Shown here one piece after another: positions 1 through 46,634 of a stretch of DNA of 64,000 nt. This stretch comes from Macrostomum hystrix. Its lineage: Eukaryota > Animalia > Platyhelminthes. Positions within the stretch are counted from its first letter, which is position 1. Each line of letters starts with the position of its first letter. The stretch is taken from assembly GCA_950097015.1 (NCBI GenBank), contig CATNEN010000001.1:4402001-4466000 (forward strand), read 5' to 3'. The notes under the pieces were generated by a model. That model was given only the letters and a program-made list of their open reading frames with translations, did no database searches and was not told the DNA's origin. The translations under genes were made by a program, and so were the position numbers.

Positions 1-778
1 TCTCTCTCGTTTTTCCTTTTCCATGCATCCTAGAGCGAGCTTTCATTGCCTGAAAGCTGTCTGTTCCAGTCTTCTCTCTTCTTCATCGGCTTCCTTTAAA
101 AGAATTATTTTTTTCAAATATGGCAAAAGCTAGAAAATGTAGACAGGGCCTGTGACAGCGGCTTAATCAATCGGGTTTCTGAGAAGACGCGAAATCTGAG
201 TATTGAGCTTGGCTTGACAAATCAATGCCATGCCAGTTCTTGCTCAGCCCCCGCCAAACCACCGGATACATGATGGCCCCGGGTGGTAAAAGAGGTCTTC
301 TTTTCACTTGCTTTTTTATTTGAAAATTTATTCTCGAATTTGTCTTGTATAATGAATTGGTTTCGGCTTTTTTGAAGCTAAAGTAAAGTCCTCTCCTCCC
401 ACATTGCCCCGCTCTGTCTCTGTCATGATGGCGTCTCGCGCTATCAGTCATGCCAATGCAAAGTCTTGATTTCTTGTCACATGCAGTCAGCTTATTCAAA
501 CTGGGCTAGAGGTTCCTTCTAGCTCACTCCGAATGAGGGAATCCCTTTCGCATGGGATTTGGGATTTCTTCTAAGCATTATCCGGCGAAAAATCTATTGG
601 ATAATATCGCTCTCCTGTTTGGTAATTCTTGGTAGACGAGTACTACCATTGTCAACTACTTGACTCGCGCTCTATTTTGTACCACTTCAACCACAGTACC
701 ACTTCTATTTTGTACTTTTATTTTTACTTTGTACTTGTATTAGCCCATGCAATGCTGTCGAATGCTCGACACCCGCAG

Positions 779-34655
<33,877 letters not shown>

Positions 34656-35135
34656 AGTAGGTCGCAGCTAGCAGGTTTCATCACATTGTTTCAAACCCTC
34701 ACATCTAATCTGTTTGCGCTTGCCGTGTCTTTAAACAATAGATAGCTAGCATATTTAGACTGAAGTTGTTTCTTTAAAAAATATTTTTCTATATTTGCTA
34801 TAACTTTGCATGTTTGCATCTTTCTGCTTTGATAACGAAATAAGTAATACGATTTTGCATTACTAATATAGAATATGTAAAAATTTGATTTAGTGAACAA
34901 AAATTAGACACAGACGAGACAGAACTTTTCAACTTCTGACGGAGAGAAATAATTCAGTGTTCTTGAGCTAGACACTGAAGAGCTGAGCACTTTGTGAACT
35001 TTCTAGATATTTCTTTTAATTAAACGAATGACGTTTGCATATCGTTATAAATGTTGTCATTTGTTTTTCTCTTATTTATTTGTCCATTACTTACACCTAT
35101 GCTTGCAGCTAAAGTTATTCTTTGCATTTTTTCAG

Positions 35136-35313
35136 TCGGCCGGAAACATCATTTCTGAGCCTTTTGAACCCATTGAAAGTCATTCGGCTGCTGATGTACA
35201 AGCATCGATGGATACTAATCAAGCTGTTAATACTGACTCTATTGACCGCGATAATTGTATTGTTTATATACTCGAGTCCGGGCTACATAGCCAAGAAGAT
35301 GATTGGAGCTTAA
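35136..35313 (+). CDS. OTOF: Otoferlin alternative terminal coding exon B (duplicated transmembrane anchor)
   Basis: RPETSFLSLLNPLKVIRLLMYKHRWILIKLLILTLLTAIIVLFIYSSPGYIAKKMIGA*; same phase-2 acceptor (ttttttcag), intact frame. Confidence 0.85.
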
Positions 35314-36962
35314 TTACAGGTGGATTTTTTAATTAGTTTGTGGCCTAATGAAACCTTCCGTTTGTTACGGATTGCATGCTAGCTTACTAAAGCATTTCTC
35401 GTGCTTTCATTCCTTCTGTGGAGCACTAAAACGCAGAATTAACTAATCCTAAAAAATCCAGTGAAAGTGTTCATAGCTCGTATATTTTATAAAAACAGAA
35501 ATATTTCATGGCTCGTTCTAAATTACAATTTTTTTCTTCGTTTCAGAATCAACATGGCTTGGCCTGAAGAGCCGCGTATACTGTTATTTGATCTGATATT
35601 TTAACCATGTTGCAAGCGATCAAGAAGACTAAATGTATTGATGTGTTGCCCATCGTAAAATATATTTGCATCTCATCTATAAGCGTTATTTTCTACCGTT
35701 TTCATGTCATCATTTGTGACAAGCTGTGTACGCTAAATGTTAAGCTGTCATGCATTTTGAAAATTTTCATTTAGGGTAAAAGCAGAACCGAAAACTGTCT
35801 TGTTCGTTTTAATCGGTGTTACTTAAGATTTGAGCTATTAAAAAAATTTCGTTAATTCCAGAAAATTTATTTTTCTTCGACGTTATAAAATGCTACTCAC
35901 TTCCTAGAGTGCTGTTGTTACACGAGTAAACGATATTCTATTTATTTTCAACACTAATTGCATGCGTTAAGCACTAAAATAGAAGCACCTGTTTTGCTTT
36001 TAATCTGGTCACAAGATTAACATTCTGTTCTGTTCTTACTTCATTTTCTGTCTTACATTTTCGATCCGGACAATTTTGCCTGAGATTTCATTCTAATACG
36101 AGCTATTGTGTCTTTTCAGCATTCCGTCGTGAATGTCTTTTGTTTTTTCTTGATTCTGACACAAAACATAATTGCTGGTTGTATGAAATTAAACGCTTCA
36201 GATGTCGTTACGAGTATTTACCACCAAATATTTGAGATTTCGAGAGCTGCAGCGTGGCAAAGAAAAGAGTAGATTAAAGAAGAGTAAATTAAGGCGGATA
36301 TTGCGAGGTTAAAAACGCCTCAAAGCCTCACAATTAGTACTTCCATAGGTTAAAACATTATACGATTTTGTTAATATAAAGACATACGACGCGTTTTCCT
36401 GTTTATTAAGTGTAAATCTACTTTCTCGCAATAATACACCATTGTGGTTAAACGTGGTTTTTTTATTTTGCGAACTACGCATGCTATTACACAATGAGTA
36501 CTGCTGAAATTATAAAAATTCAGATCGGTAAAAATTATGAAAAATTGCCTGCTTTTTATAATCAATTCGAGTCTTTGCATGTGAAACTGCCAGCGCTAAA
36601 GAACTGTTTACGTTACTATTTATGGTAAAAAATTTCACCTAATCTATACAGTGAGGCTGATGCTATTCTAACTCGTATATTATGTATCGTCGGAAATCGA
36701 AACTACAATAAACATTCTGAAAAGGCGTACAGTACATGTATGATTAACCTGCCAGATGTACTGCACATGCTGTACTCATTGTGCACTTACGCTGCCGTTT
36801 TTGTTTAAATACACACATAGAACAGCTTATTTCTATATTTTTGCTTTATTATTACGACATGAAACGCCTTTTACGAGTACATTTATGAGCTTTTATTTTA
36901 TTAGGATTACAAAGTTCAGGTAAACTCGTTCTCAGGTAGATATAGGTAAGCTTCGCAAATTA

Positions 36963-37310
36963 AGGGGGTGAGTGGCTAAGCGGTCTAATGCGTCTGCCTC
37001 TCGCACCAAGGTGCGATTCTGAGCTCGATTCTGCGGCGAGGTGACATTCATTTGATCGCAGCCGCGGAGAGAAGGCTTGGGCGTGAAATTTACGCCCTTG
37101 AGGGCCAACCTCCAAGGCACAGTGAAAGTGTACACTGCCTGACGATGAGAAAGTCAGGGGCAGATGTACACACCTGTGTGAGCGTATGCCTGCGTACGGT
37201 ATCTGTGTGTGTGTGTGTGCTCAGGAGTCAGCGAAATGGGCAGAATTGCCTACTCGCTGGCTGCGGGTCTAGTGTCACCAAATGATGTGCTCGCAGCCCT
37301 GCTGCAATTT
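36963..37310 (+). mobile_element. SINE family A, near full length
   Basis: High identity to 4623-4985. Confidence 0.9.
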
Positions 37311-37766
37311 TTAATGAGTACTATTAAGCATTTAATTAAAACGTTTCGCATCCGTGTTTCCAGCTATTCTATTTCGTCTACCAAATTTAAGTAAGCATGC
37401 AGGGACGAAACTCAAACTTATTTCCTGTTTTGTTAGCAATGCACAATGGGCTCAATTACGTCTTCTTCGCTCTAAGACCTGACGAGCTCGCATATAAGAT
37501 GGAAAGATAGGTAAGAGAAAGGTAAGGAAAGCTAACAAAAAACGGAGTCCAAGAAAACCCAAAAGTGGCTCACATATAACTTTTTCATTTTTATCAACAT
37601 CCCTGAGTCTATCTTGGAGCTGTCTTAGCTGCTAGCAACGAGGTTGTTGTAAAGGCGTGAACAGCTAGGTTTACATATATCAGCTGTATAAATTAGAAAA
37701 TGGCTAATCTCGTTCTTTATTGAGTGAAAGACAAGACTCGCGTGCCGAGCTATATCTACGCGAAGC

Positions 37767-40700
37767 ATGTCACGCTTAGAAACTGGCTGCTTTCAGCGGC
37801 TGCTGCTACTGCCGATTGTACTTCTAGCACTATTCGCATGGATTGCATGCAACGCAGGCTCGATTCCGGATGCTTCGTGGATTTCAGTGAGCTGCAACCA
37901 GAGCGAATGGGGCCCAGCGGTTTGCGTCTGCCAGAAGGCCAGTCGCAGCGAGACTCGGTGCCAACTGCAGCCCGGGACGCTGGTTCCACCTGGCTTGCTG
38001 TCCTGCATCTCAATAATGCCGAAAAAACTCAGCAGTTTAAGCATCGATTGCGGCCAGTACAGTGACTGCGCCACTGTGAGTTTGAGTCAGTTGGTTTACC
38101 GCTCGGAGCTGCTCCAGCTAGAATTGTCGCACTGTGGTCTTGATGCAGCTGATGAAGTTAATCCGCCAGGAGGCACCCAGTTTGCTTTAATAGCTGACGA
38201 AGCTATTGGCATCTCTGCCGGCTCGGCTGGGTTTCTGTCGAACTCACCTGTCGACAATCCATCAGCTAGGCGCGATGCTACTCACTATGGATGCTCCTTG
38301 CGGCGCTTAAAGATTGTAGAGGCCGATTTAAAATTTCCGACAGTTTTGGTTCAGAAATGTCCCAGTCTAAATAGCATCAACATTTCGAAATCGCGGCTCC
38401 GGGTAAGCCTTTTTCGGGGTTCGATTCCCGACTTTACTGGAACAATTTGTGCCCATTAGCAAGACACTTATCTCTGGATTGCTTCATTGCACCCAGCTGT
38501 TACATGGGTACCAGCATTAGCTGTGGTAAATGAGGATGGGTGTGGCTGCACAGCCGTCGCAGCCTTCAGATGCGCCACGCCATAGCTGCGGCTGTATCTT
38601 CGGCTGTACATCTGGCCGAAACGCCTCGGGGCAGGTGTAATCAATTGCTCGCTGGCATAGTCTTTAAGTTGTCTTTTTTTTGCTAATGATTTCTAAACCA
38701 CCATTCAACTCAGGATCTCACTGACTTAGATGTACTAGCCATCTCCTCTGCCGCAGAGGTCATTCTTTCTGGAGACGAACTGTTCTACTTCGGCGACAGT
38801 CTCGTAACCAAAGCCTTCGACGGGATGAATCAACAGCCTCTGGCTACGCAATGCGTAAGGAAGCGCTGCTCAAACTTTACCACCAAAGCCAAAGCTCTGA
38901 TCGAACAGATGGTGGTTAAAAATGGCGCAGTGACAGATGCCAGGAAGCTCTACTACATGATGGAGACAGAGAATATCGATTTCCGACTGATTTTAGGTCG
39001 CACAGAAGGCGAGCTGCACGTAGCAGGTCCACTTAGTACGCTGGACCTGTCAAATAACCGTCTATCCGTCATTCCAAGCTCCCTATCTATGATGAGCAAT
39101 CTCATACTGCTCAACCTGAGCAGGAACCGTATCGACAATATTTACCACGAGTCCGGCTGCTGGGGTGGGCCAGCCAGCGGCGTGCCGCTTCTGCCGGAGC
39201 AGAAGACAAAGCGTCAGTGCTACTGGTTCTGGGCGTCAAGGAAAACCCTGCACATTCTGGACCTGTCTCACAATTTCATATACTATCTCGGTCAAGTTGA
39301 GCCTTGGTATGAGGTAAGAAGACGCTCATTTCGATAAATGAAGGGCCGTTTGCTTCCCTCAATGTTCCTATTTTCAAACCCGTGGTTTTCTCTCTTTTTG
39401 GATGATTGGTATAGCGGGTAACACGGGCTGCCTCTCGCACAAAGGTCTTTGAGCTCGAATCCGCAGCGAGGCCACGTTAACTTGTGGCGCAGCCGCATGA
39501 CGAAGGCTTTGGGGGCTCAGTGTGCACCAACTGACAATTAAATTATTAGAATCCATTAAGTTTATTAGATGTCAATAAATTTCTTGCCTACACAACAATG
39601 ATAATTTCAGGTTGATCTGTGGATTTTACACCTGTCCTACAACCGCATTGCTGTGATGGGTGCGGATTCATTCACCGGAAGCTTGGCGTCTAATCTGCGG
39701 TATCTCTACATAAACAACAACTTTCTTCAAACTATCCAGCTTAACAGCTTGCGCCAGCTCAGCAAGCTCAATGCAAACAATAACAGACTAGCGTGCATTA
39801 AAAATGATACACTTCCTCATTCGGAAAATATGAGACTCATTGAGCTAGCAAATAATGAAATATCGTCGATATCACCATTCGTATTCAAGCAGTACAAGAT
39901 GCTTAAAATACTCGATCTCAGCAACAACAGATTGGAGTATATGCCCTACAGTAGCTTTGAGACCAGCCTGCGTCACGCTGCATCTGACAGGGTTGAACTG
40001 CTTATCGACAATCAAAAGGTGGTGCCAGTCTGCAATTGCAAGCATTTCTTTTTCTACGCCATGCAACAGGAGCAGAACGATGATAACTTGTTCACACTGC
40101 CAAGCTTGCAGAACAGATACGCGAAGACTTTGAAATGCAGGCTGATTCCAAAGTCAGCGAACGGGTCCAACATCACTAAGCATCTTGCCGCTATGAACTT
40201 AGAAGACTTCGGCTGCCAGCTTCACGACTACGGTAACATTGAGCTGCCGTTGTCGATTTGCAAGCGCAAAAGTGGTCACTGCATTGGACGCTGCAATCCT
40301 GGTTGCTACTGCTGGACTAATGCCATATCGACCATTATGAACTGCTCGGTGGAAGGAATGACACTGTCTGCTAAGAGCATTCCGATGCCCGTCACAGAGC
40401 TGGATTTCTCTTTTGTGACGACTAGCTATTTTCACGCTCTTCACAGAAACACACTCTCTTGGCTGATCGATGAGGACAGGCACGCCTTGAGGGTACTCCG
40501 CGCCACCCACAACAACATCGTCAGCATCAAAGACTATGCCTTCACAACAACGCCATTACTGAACAAACTGTTCCTTTCCCACAATTCAATAAAGACCCTT
40601 ACGAGTCAGACTTTCGCCGGCTTGGAGAGTACGCTGTGCCAATTGGAACTGGATCACAATAGTCTGTCGTCTATCAGTGTCAGCCAGGTGCTTGAGCCGC

Positions 40701-41830
40701 TACAGTCTCTGGCTAAGGTTACTCTGCTTGGGAATCCCTTCGAGTGCAGTTGCTCAGGTGTGCACCTCAGCTACATGAAGAGCATGGCCGATTATTATAA
40801 AATCAAAAGTGTCATTCAAGACTACAGACAACTTACCTGTAATCTGACTAGCTCATTTGTGAAAGACTTCAACTACTACAACCTATCTTCTACCTACAGC
40901 AACATTTCCCTGACCAGATTTCCCCTGCAAAGTGTTTCACTTCTAGAGGCCGTTTGCGATGAAATTAGTGACCTAAAGTCTCAGCTCAAGGTGAAAATTC
41001 TCCATACTTCGCTAATTACGCTTGGCATTGCGGCGGGCCTTATAGCTCTGGGATTTCTGATGCGTCGGCGCCATTTTATCATAAGCATAATCACATTCAG
41101 CCTTCTTATCCACGTCATGAGACCCAGGCGTTGTCGAAACGTCAAGCTTTATCACGCATTTTTCTATTTCGACAATGAGAACGACTCTGAGGCTGCGGAA
41201 GATATTCTGAAGCACATAATTAATCCACCTGTAGAATTCCCGAACAGCAAAGAGATCAAAGTGTGCACCTGTGCGGAATTAGCCACATCTTATGACAATG
41301 AGGGCCCAGTGCAGCGGACTGATTTTGAATCAATCGAAACTGGAGTGGCCGAAAGCTTCAAAGTGTTGCTACTACTGTCGACGGGACTTATTCAAAAGAA
41401 AGGCAAAGAGATAGCAGGTATCATGAACTTACTAGGTCATAGAGGCATGGCCCAAGATTTGATTCTGATTACAGTGGATAAAAAGGACGAGCTGGAACTT
41501 CAATTGTCGCGAGTTCAGGAAACCATTCGGTCGGCACAGGAGCGCAAAGGTATGGAGGCGTTATTGTGGCTCGCGGCTAGACGCCAAATCATTCGCTACG
41601 GCAGTCAGGACTGGCAGTATCGTCTCATGACCAGCATAATGGGCGACTTTCCGCAAGTTTCTTCTCATCGCCAGAATGTCTTTCCCACTCCCAGTGAAAG
41701 AGATCTTCCGCTTTCAACGGAGTCGAGCTCCGGAGCTCAGCAAATGACTGAGCACTCTCACCTATTGGGTTCAACCAGAACGCCACTAACAACGCGAGAG
41801 TTTTACGATGATGACGTTGGAAGCTGTTGA
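37767..41830 (+). CDS. Leucine-rich-repeat transmembrane receptor, Toll-like (multi-cysteine-cluster) architecture with divergent TIR-like domain, about 1151 aa
   Basis: Exons 37767-38402, 38714-39313 and 39611-41830, all phase 0 GT-AG. Signal peptide (LLLLPIVLLALFAWIACNA), many LxxLxLxxN repeats, internal Cys clusters (VCNCKH; CNPGCYC...NCS), LRRCT GNPFECSC, TM at about 41009-41061, then LYHAFFYF...IKVCT...SFKVLLLLS...LILI...DWQYRL, which resembles TIR boxes. Confidence 0.85.
38414..38645 (+). mobile_element. SINE family B, 5'-truncated, in intron 1 of the LRR gene
   Basis: ggggttcgattcccgact...agcaagacactta...gggtaccagcattagctg...caggtgtaatcaatt. Confidence 0.85.
39400..39540 (+). mobile_element. 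SINE family A fragment in intron 2 of the LRR gene
   Basis: tgcctctcgcacaaaggtc..gagctcgaatccgcagcgaggccac. Confidence 0.75.
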
Positions 41831-42616
41831 ACACTTTTCTCGACCAATATGACCTAGATTAAAAAATCTTCTAGACTGACAAGAACAACTATTTCGTATG
41901 GAATATGAAATTTCGGTTCTGGGCCCGCTGATCTGGCTGTACTTCTCTCTATCTCTAATGCACCTGCTTTGGTGCTCGAATTCGTTATTTGGTAATATCT
42001 TTTTTCATACCCACTGTCGTTTGGTGACAGCTACCATTATTGAGAAATGAAGACTACACAATTGTATATTTTCACAACGTTTTTACCATGCCTTTTAGTT
42101 CTATTAGCTTTATAATATTCTATCAAATCATTATATTCTTTCGCCCTCTACACATAGCATCTATCACTATATCCCTGAGACTACGAGCTCGTATTAACAT
42201 TTAACAATATATATTTCATATTTTGTTTTATTCCTGGCGTCCCTTGTGTTTTTACTGCTCTTATTTTTACTACCATTGCTTTTGCTTTTCCCTTGCCAGC
42301 TCGATAATTGAATCCTACAAAACTTCGCTTTTTATGTTATGTTTTCGTTGTCCATTAAAATATTTGTTGTCAAAAAATATATATAAACGAAAAAAATATA
42401 CAAATGCACCTCTCGTCTTGGCAATTACCATAGACCATTCAGCGTGATAAACGAAATTTTAAGCCACGAAATGTATGGACGTATATACGAAAAAATCTTA
42501 GCTAGAAAAAGTCGATACGAGCTACGAGTATTTTTAATCATGACAGACATCTCTTAAGTCCTGCAAAACCATATCATGCCTGTGTTAAACCAAGACTGCT
42601 TGACTAGCTCTGAACA

Positions 42617-43770
42617 ATGACTGCTCATTCGATGGGCTCTCATGGACCAAATACTCTGAATTCAATACCGTGCATGAAACTAAATGTCGACAAAGTTTCC
42701 GTACAAACTTTAAGGCATCGACTGACAGCCTTACAAAATTTGATAGACTCCAAACTTGCGGGAAAAAACAAATGGAACATTTTCGGAGCACCGCCGTGTA
42801 AGGCCATTCGCGAGCTGTACTGGGTCTTTAGACCAGGTGATCCATTTTTACCTGGAGACAGGCTCGGTCTGTTAATCTGGGAGCACAATGTGATGAAGTG
42901 TACACGAAAACTCCTGGACGAGCACGAGAAGCGTCAGCAGGCGCAGCCACATCGGCTGCTTAATCGGTACGCATCGAAATGAATAGATTTTCGCGATGCA
43001 AACGTTAATAGTAATAATAATTGCAGGAGAGCTGTGGGCGATGGCACATCATTTTGGTGACACTAGACCCGCAGCCAGCGAGGAGGCAATTCTGCCCATT
43101 CCGCTGACTCCTGAGCACACACGCAGACAGGGGTGCACATCTGCCCTGACTACCTTTCTCATCGTCAGGCAGTGCACATTCTCACTGTACCTTGAAGGTT
43201 GACCCTCAAGAGCGTAAATTGTACAAGAAGCCTTATCTTCGTGGCGGCGCCCCAAATGAATGTGACCTCGCCGTGGAGTCGAGCTCAGGGACCTTGGTGC
43301 GAGTGGCAAACTTGTTAACCGCTCTGAGACTCAGCCCCGATGCGAACGTTAACGGCGTTTTTAACAGTATATATATTATATATTGGCATTTTTATTTTAG
43401 ATGTATTTTTTCTTCGCAATTTAACAGATCGCGATCGGTGGGCAACGACAAGCCTAACACTTATCGGCCCAATCAGCATCAGATAAATATTTTTCCACGC
43501 TCATCCAAGCTATCGAACAAAGAGAACCCCGCAGTAGCGAAAGCTTCGAGCGATAACAAAAATTTCGAAAATGATGAATACTACCTGCCCAGCAGTGAGG
43601 TGCCAGACGCTCGTATAATTAAACAAAAGCGAAATCGTCATCTCACCCCGGACCAGCAGCAGATTAACAAACGGTTGAGTACTGTCAATGGATTGAGACG
43701 ACGTCTCGACAATAGTCGATTCCGTACTGTCTGCCCTCGCTTGCTCTGTCACTCAGCTGCAGATCACTAG
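42617..43770 (+). CDS. Hypothetical protein of about 230 aa (2 exons)
   Basis: Exons 42617-42966 and 43428-43770 join in phase 2 (CG|gtacgc ... aacag|A); the intron contains a SINE. No recognisable domain. Confidence 0.5.
43005..43338 (-). mobile_element. SINE family A
   Basis: Reverse complement of family A, inside the orphan gene intron. Confidence 0.88.
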
Positions 43771-44928
43771 ATTAACAATCTGAGCATTGACTGGATAAAT
43801 TCGTGATGTTTTTGCCCCTGAGCCGAAATAGTTTAACTGCATTCATTTGTTAACCACTTTTATTGACAAGTAATCGCCGCTAAAAGTACGCTCGAACTCG
43901 AATGCACGCTAAAAATGTAAGGGATACAATTTGTTTAATTTACTACCATTCAAATGATTAAACTGAAAGTGATATAGTTTTTAATTCAAAACTGAGAAAA
44001 CTACGAAAAATCTAGTTGAAGATATAGAAAATAACTCCAAGAGAGCTGGTTGCCAGGTTCTAGGTTTCACTGCGGCAATAAGTATGTCTGCTTTGAAAAA
44101 AATTAACTAAAAGAACGACTTAGTTGGGAAGCCAGACAGTTGAAGTAAGTAATGAAGATGCAGAGTAATGCACGCACATGTCTATTTATTGAAAAGCACA
44201 ACGTTGATTGGCATCCGTTTGATACGCGACCTTGAGCTGGACAAAAACATCGCTATTGAATGAACTTCCGTCAATCCCAGCGCCGTTTTTGCGCCCAGAA
44301 GTCTTGAGTTAAGATCGCCGTTGCTAAGCCCTCTAATTGGGGTCGCTTTTCTGAGTCTAAGTACGAGCGTAGATGTCTATCAGCATACTCTCTCCCTGAG
44401 CGTCCAAACTTGATATTTCTTCTCTCCTGACAATTGAATTTCTTTTGACCGACCGCCTCCACCGCTTTCAGTGAGTGAGTACAGAGGACAGACAGTTAAC
44501 CAAAATTCAAGCGAGCTCATCTCTCTACCTCATATTATTCTCATTTTAGTGCGGGTCCTGACAATCCAGAGGCTTCTTAATACCGCACACAAGAATATTG
44601 TTGATGGTAGACTATAGCTTTGACCCTTCACAACAAACATTTAGCAGGCAAGGCGGCAACCAAAATAATAGCCAAGTGACGCTGGTCTGCAGTGCTCAGA
44701 AAATACTTACTGTCTCTCTTAGCCTCTCTTACCTGTCTAGCCTCACTTGTCGTACCCTTCTCTACCTAGCTTTCGCTAACTAGCACCCCGCTATTTTAGA
44801 CGCCTCCAAAAACGAGCAATTCATCGTCCTACTGTCCATTGACAAGCCCTGGTTGCTGGGCAATCTCCACCCAGCAACCATTTTTGGCACAAAGTTTTTC
44901 TCTGGTAGAAAAGCAATTTTCGGCAAAG

Positions 44929-46420
44929 ATGTACATGACAAAACGGCAGGACGAGGATCAACTGACTGTGCGACTAACGTTGCACAAGGAGCTCCTGCAG
45001 CCGAAACGGCGACCATTGGGACAGGCGGTCGCGACTGCGTCGGCGGTGAATACCGTGGCGCAGGACCAACAGCCGCCGGAACGTGAGCCGACCATCTCAA
45101 TTGTGCCAGTGTTCTACTCGAACACAGTGCCGCCGCGGTCACGCCAGTTGAACAAGGAGTCGAGCGTGAACAGCACAAAGATGCTCATGCGACGACACGC
45201 GCATGTGCCGAAGAGAAATTTAAATGCGCATGAATTCTTTAAGTCCATCTACCAGGTGAGTAAAACAATGCCTCAGCCTTATTAAGTTACCTTCTAATTC
45301 AGTTTCCTACACACCTGTCCCCAAAACAAATGCATCCAGGGTCAGCTGTCCGGCATTCTGTACTTCCTTCGCGTTGTCAGCATACGCAGCGTGGATCCAG
45401 CGGATGGAAAAACGCCTCTGATGGCAGCCTTGCATATTAGCAGCGATCGCCGACGTCAGGAAGTGTTCAACTACCTAGCCAATCATGGAGCAGTTTATAG
45501 CGGCGTGGACGACCAGTTCAAACGAGATCTTGTGGGTTGGGCCACCGCATTAGGACGGCAGGAAGAGCTTCGCGAAGTTCTGCGGGATACAACCGAGGAA
45601 GTACGTAGTCTCTTGTTTTTCAGGCGCTTCTATGTAGCTTTTGTGATGCTTTTAGGAATCAATAATAAATAAATTACTATTTTATGTACTTACCAAATTT
45701 TATTTGTCGGTACTTAAAAAAGCTCTTTTGGCATTGTGATATTCCCTGCTCGGACATAATTTTCAGGTAAATTTACAGTACCGCGACGCCCTAGGTCTCA
45801 CCTATCTTCACCTGGCAGTCATGTCTGGAAGCCTACCTACTGTTGAAATTATAATCGACGAATTTCGTCGTCTAGACATAAGCGTCGACCTGCCCGATGC
45901 CGACGGCATCACGCCCTATCTGCTGTCGCGAAAGCTCGGCTACACGCGCATCTCGCAGGCCCTGCAGCAGCGGGGCCGGGCCAGCGCGCACAAAAGCGAC
46001 CCGGTGAGCTTTCGCAGTCCCCGCGAATGGTCCGTCATCGGTCGCCGGGAGCGTCTGATGGCCAAGCAGCAGCTTCTGCGCTACTCAAATCGTGCTGTAT
46101 TACCGCTGACGGAGGAGGAGTCGCCGATGGAGGCGCTGCCACCGCCGCCAGTGGCGGAACGCGGCGAAACCTACGTCGAGATGCGGATGCAATCGCTCGC
46201 GCCCCCGACGAGCAAAACCTCGCAAGAATTGGTTCACGACGTTTTCGACCTGTGGAGCGAGCAGCATCGACCTAGTTATCGGCGAGGCGCCGCTAGATCT
46301 CGGTGGCTGACATCGGGCCAGGAGGGTGGACAGCACGATGGCGCCGGCCGGGGCGGCGTCGGCGGTGCCAAGTTTGGCAAGAAACCAACTGGGAAACGAA
46401 GTAGATTAGGCAACAAGTAA
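44929..46420 (+). CDS. Ankyrin-repeat protein of about 413 aa (loosely ANKRD34/63-like)
   Basis: Exons 44929-45255, 45340-45600 and 45767-46420, phase 0. ANK motifs DGKTPLMAA, DALGLTYLHLA, DADGITPYLLS. Start codon uncertain. Confidence 0.8.
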
Positions 46421-46634
46421 CTTTTCTGAACTTTTTCAGCCATATTTTACTTCACTGTTGACAGCTCCGTATAGGAAAGCTTGTAAAGTTTAGAGTCTAG
46501 TAAGGAGTGCATCATTAAATTACACTTTTAGATGAAACATTTAAGTGCTGAAATGTGAACGTACGTTTCGTGCATTAAGTTTCTAATGTGGCTTTTTACT
46601 AATTTAGTGAGTCGCTAATTACAGAAATTTAAAT

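Noticed and set aside
37478-37510. Hammerhead ribozyme core candidates (CTGANGA here, at about 4600, at about 61522 on the - strand, and in SINE A)
   Set aside because: None has a convincing stem II followed by GAAA and closing stems by eye. An Infernal search would be needed to exclude them fully.
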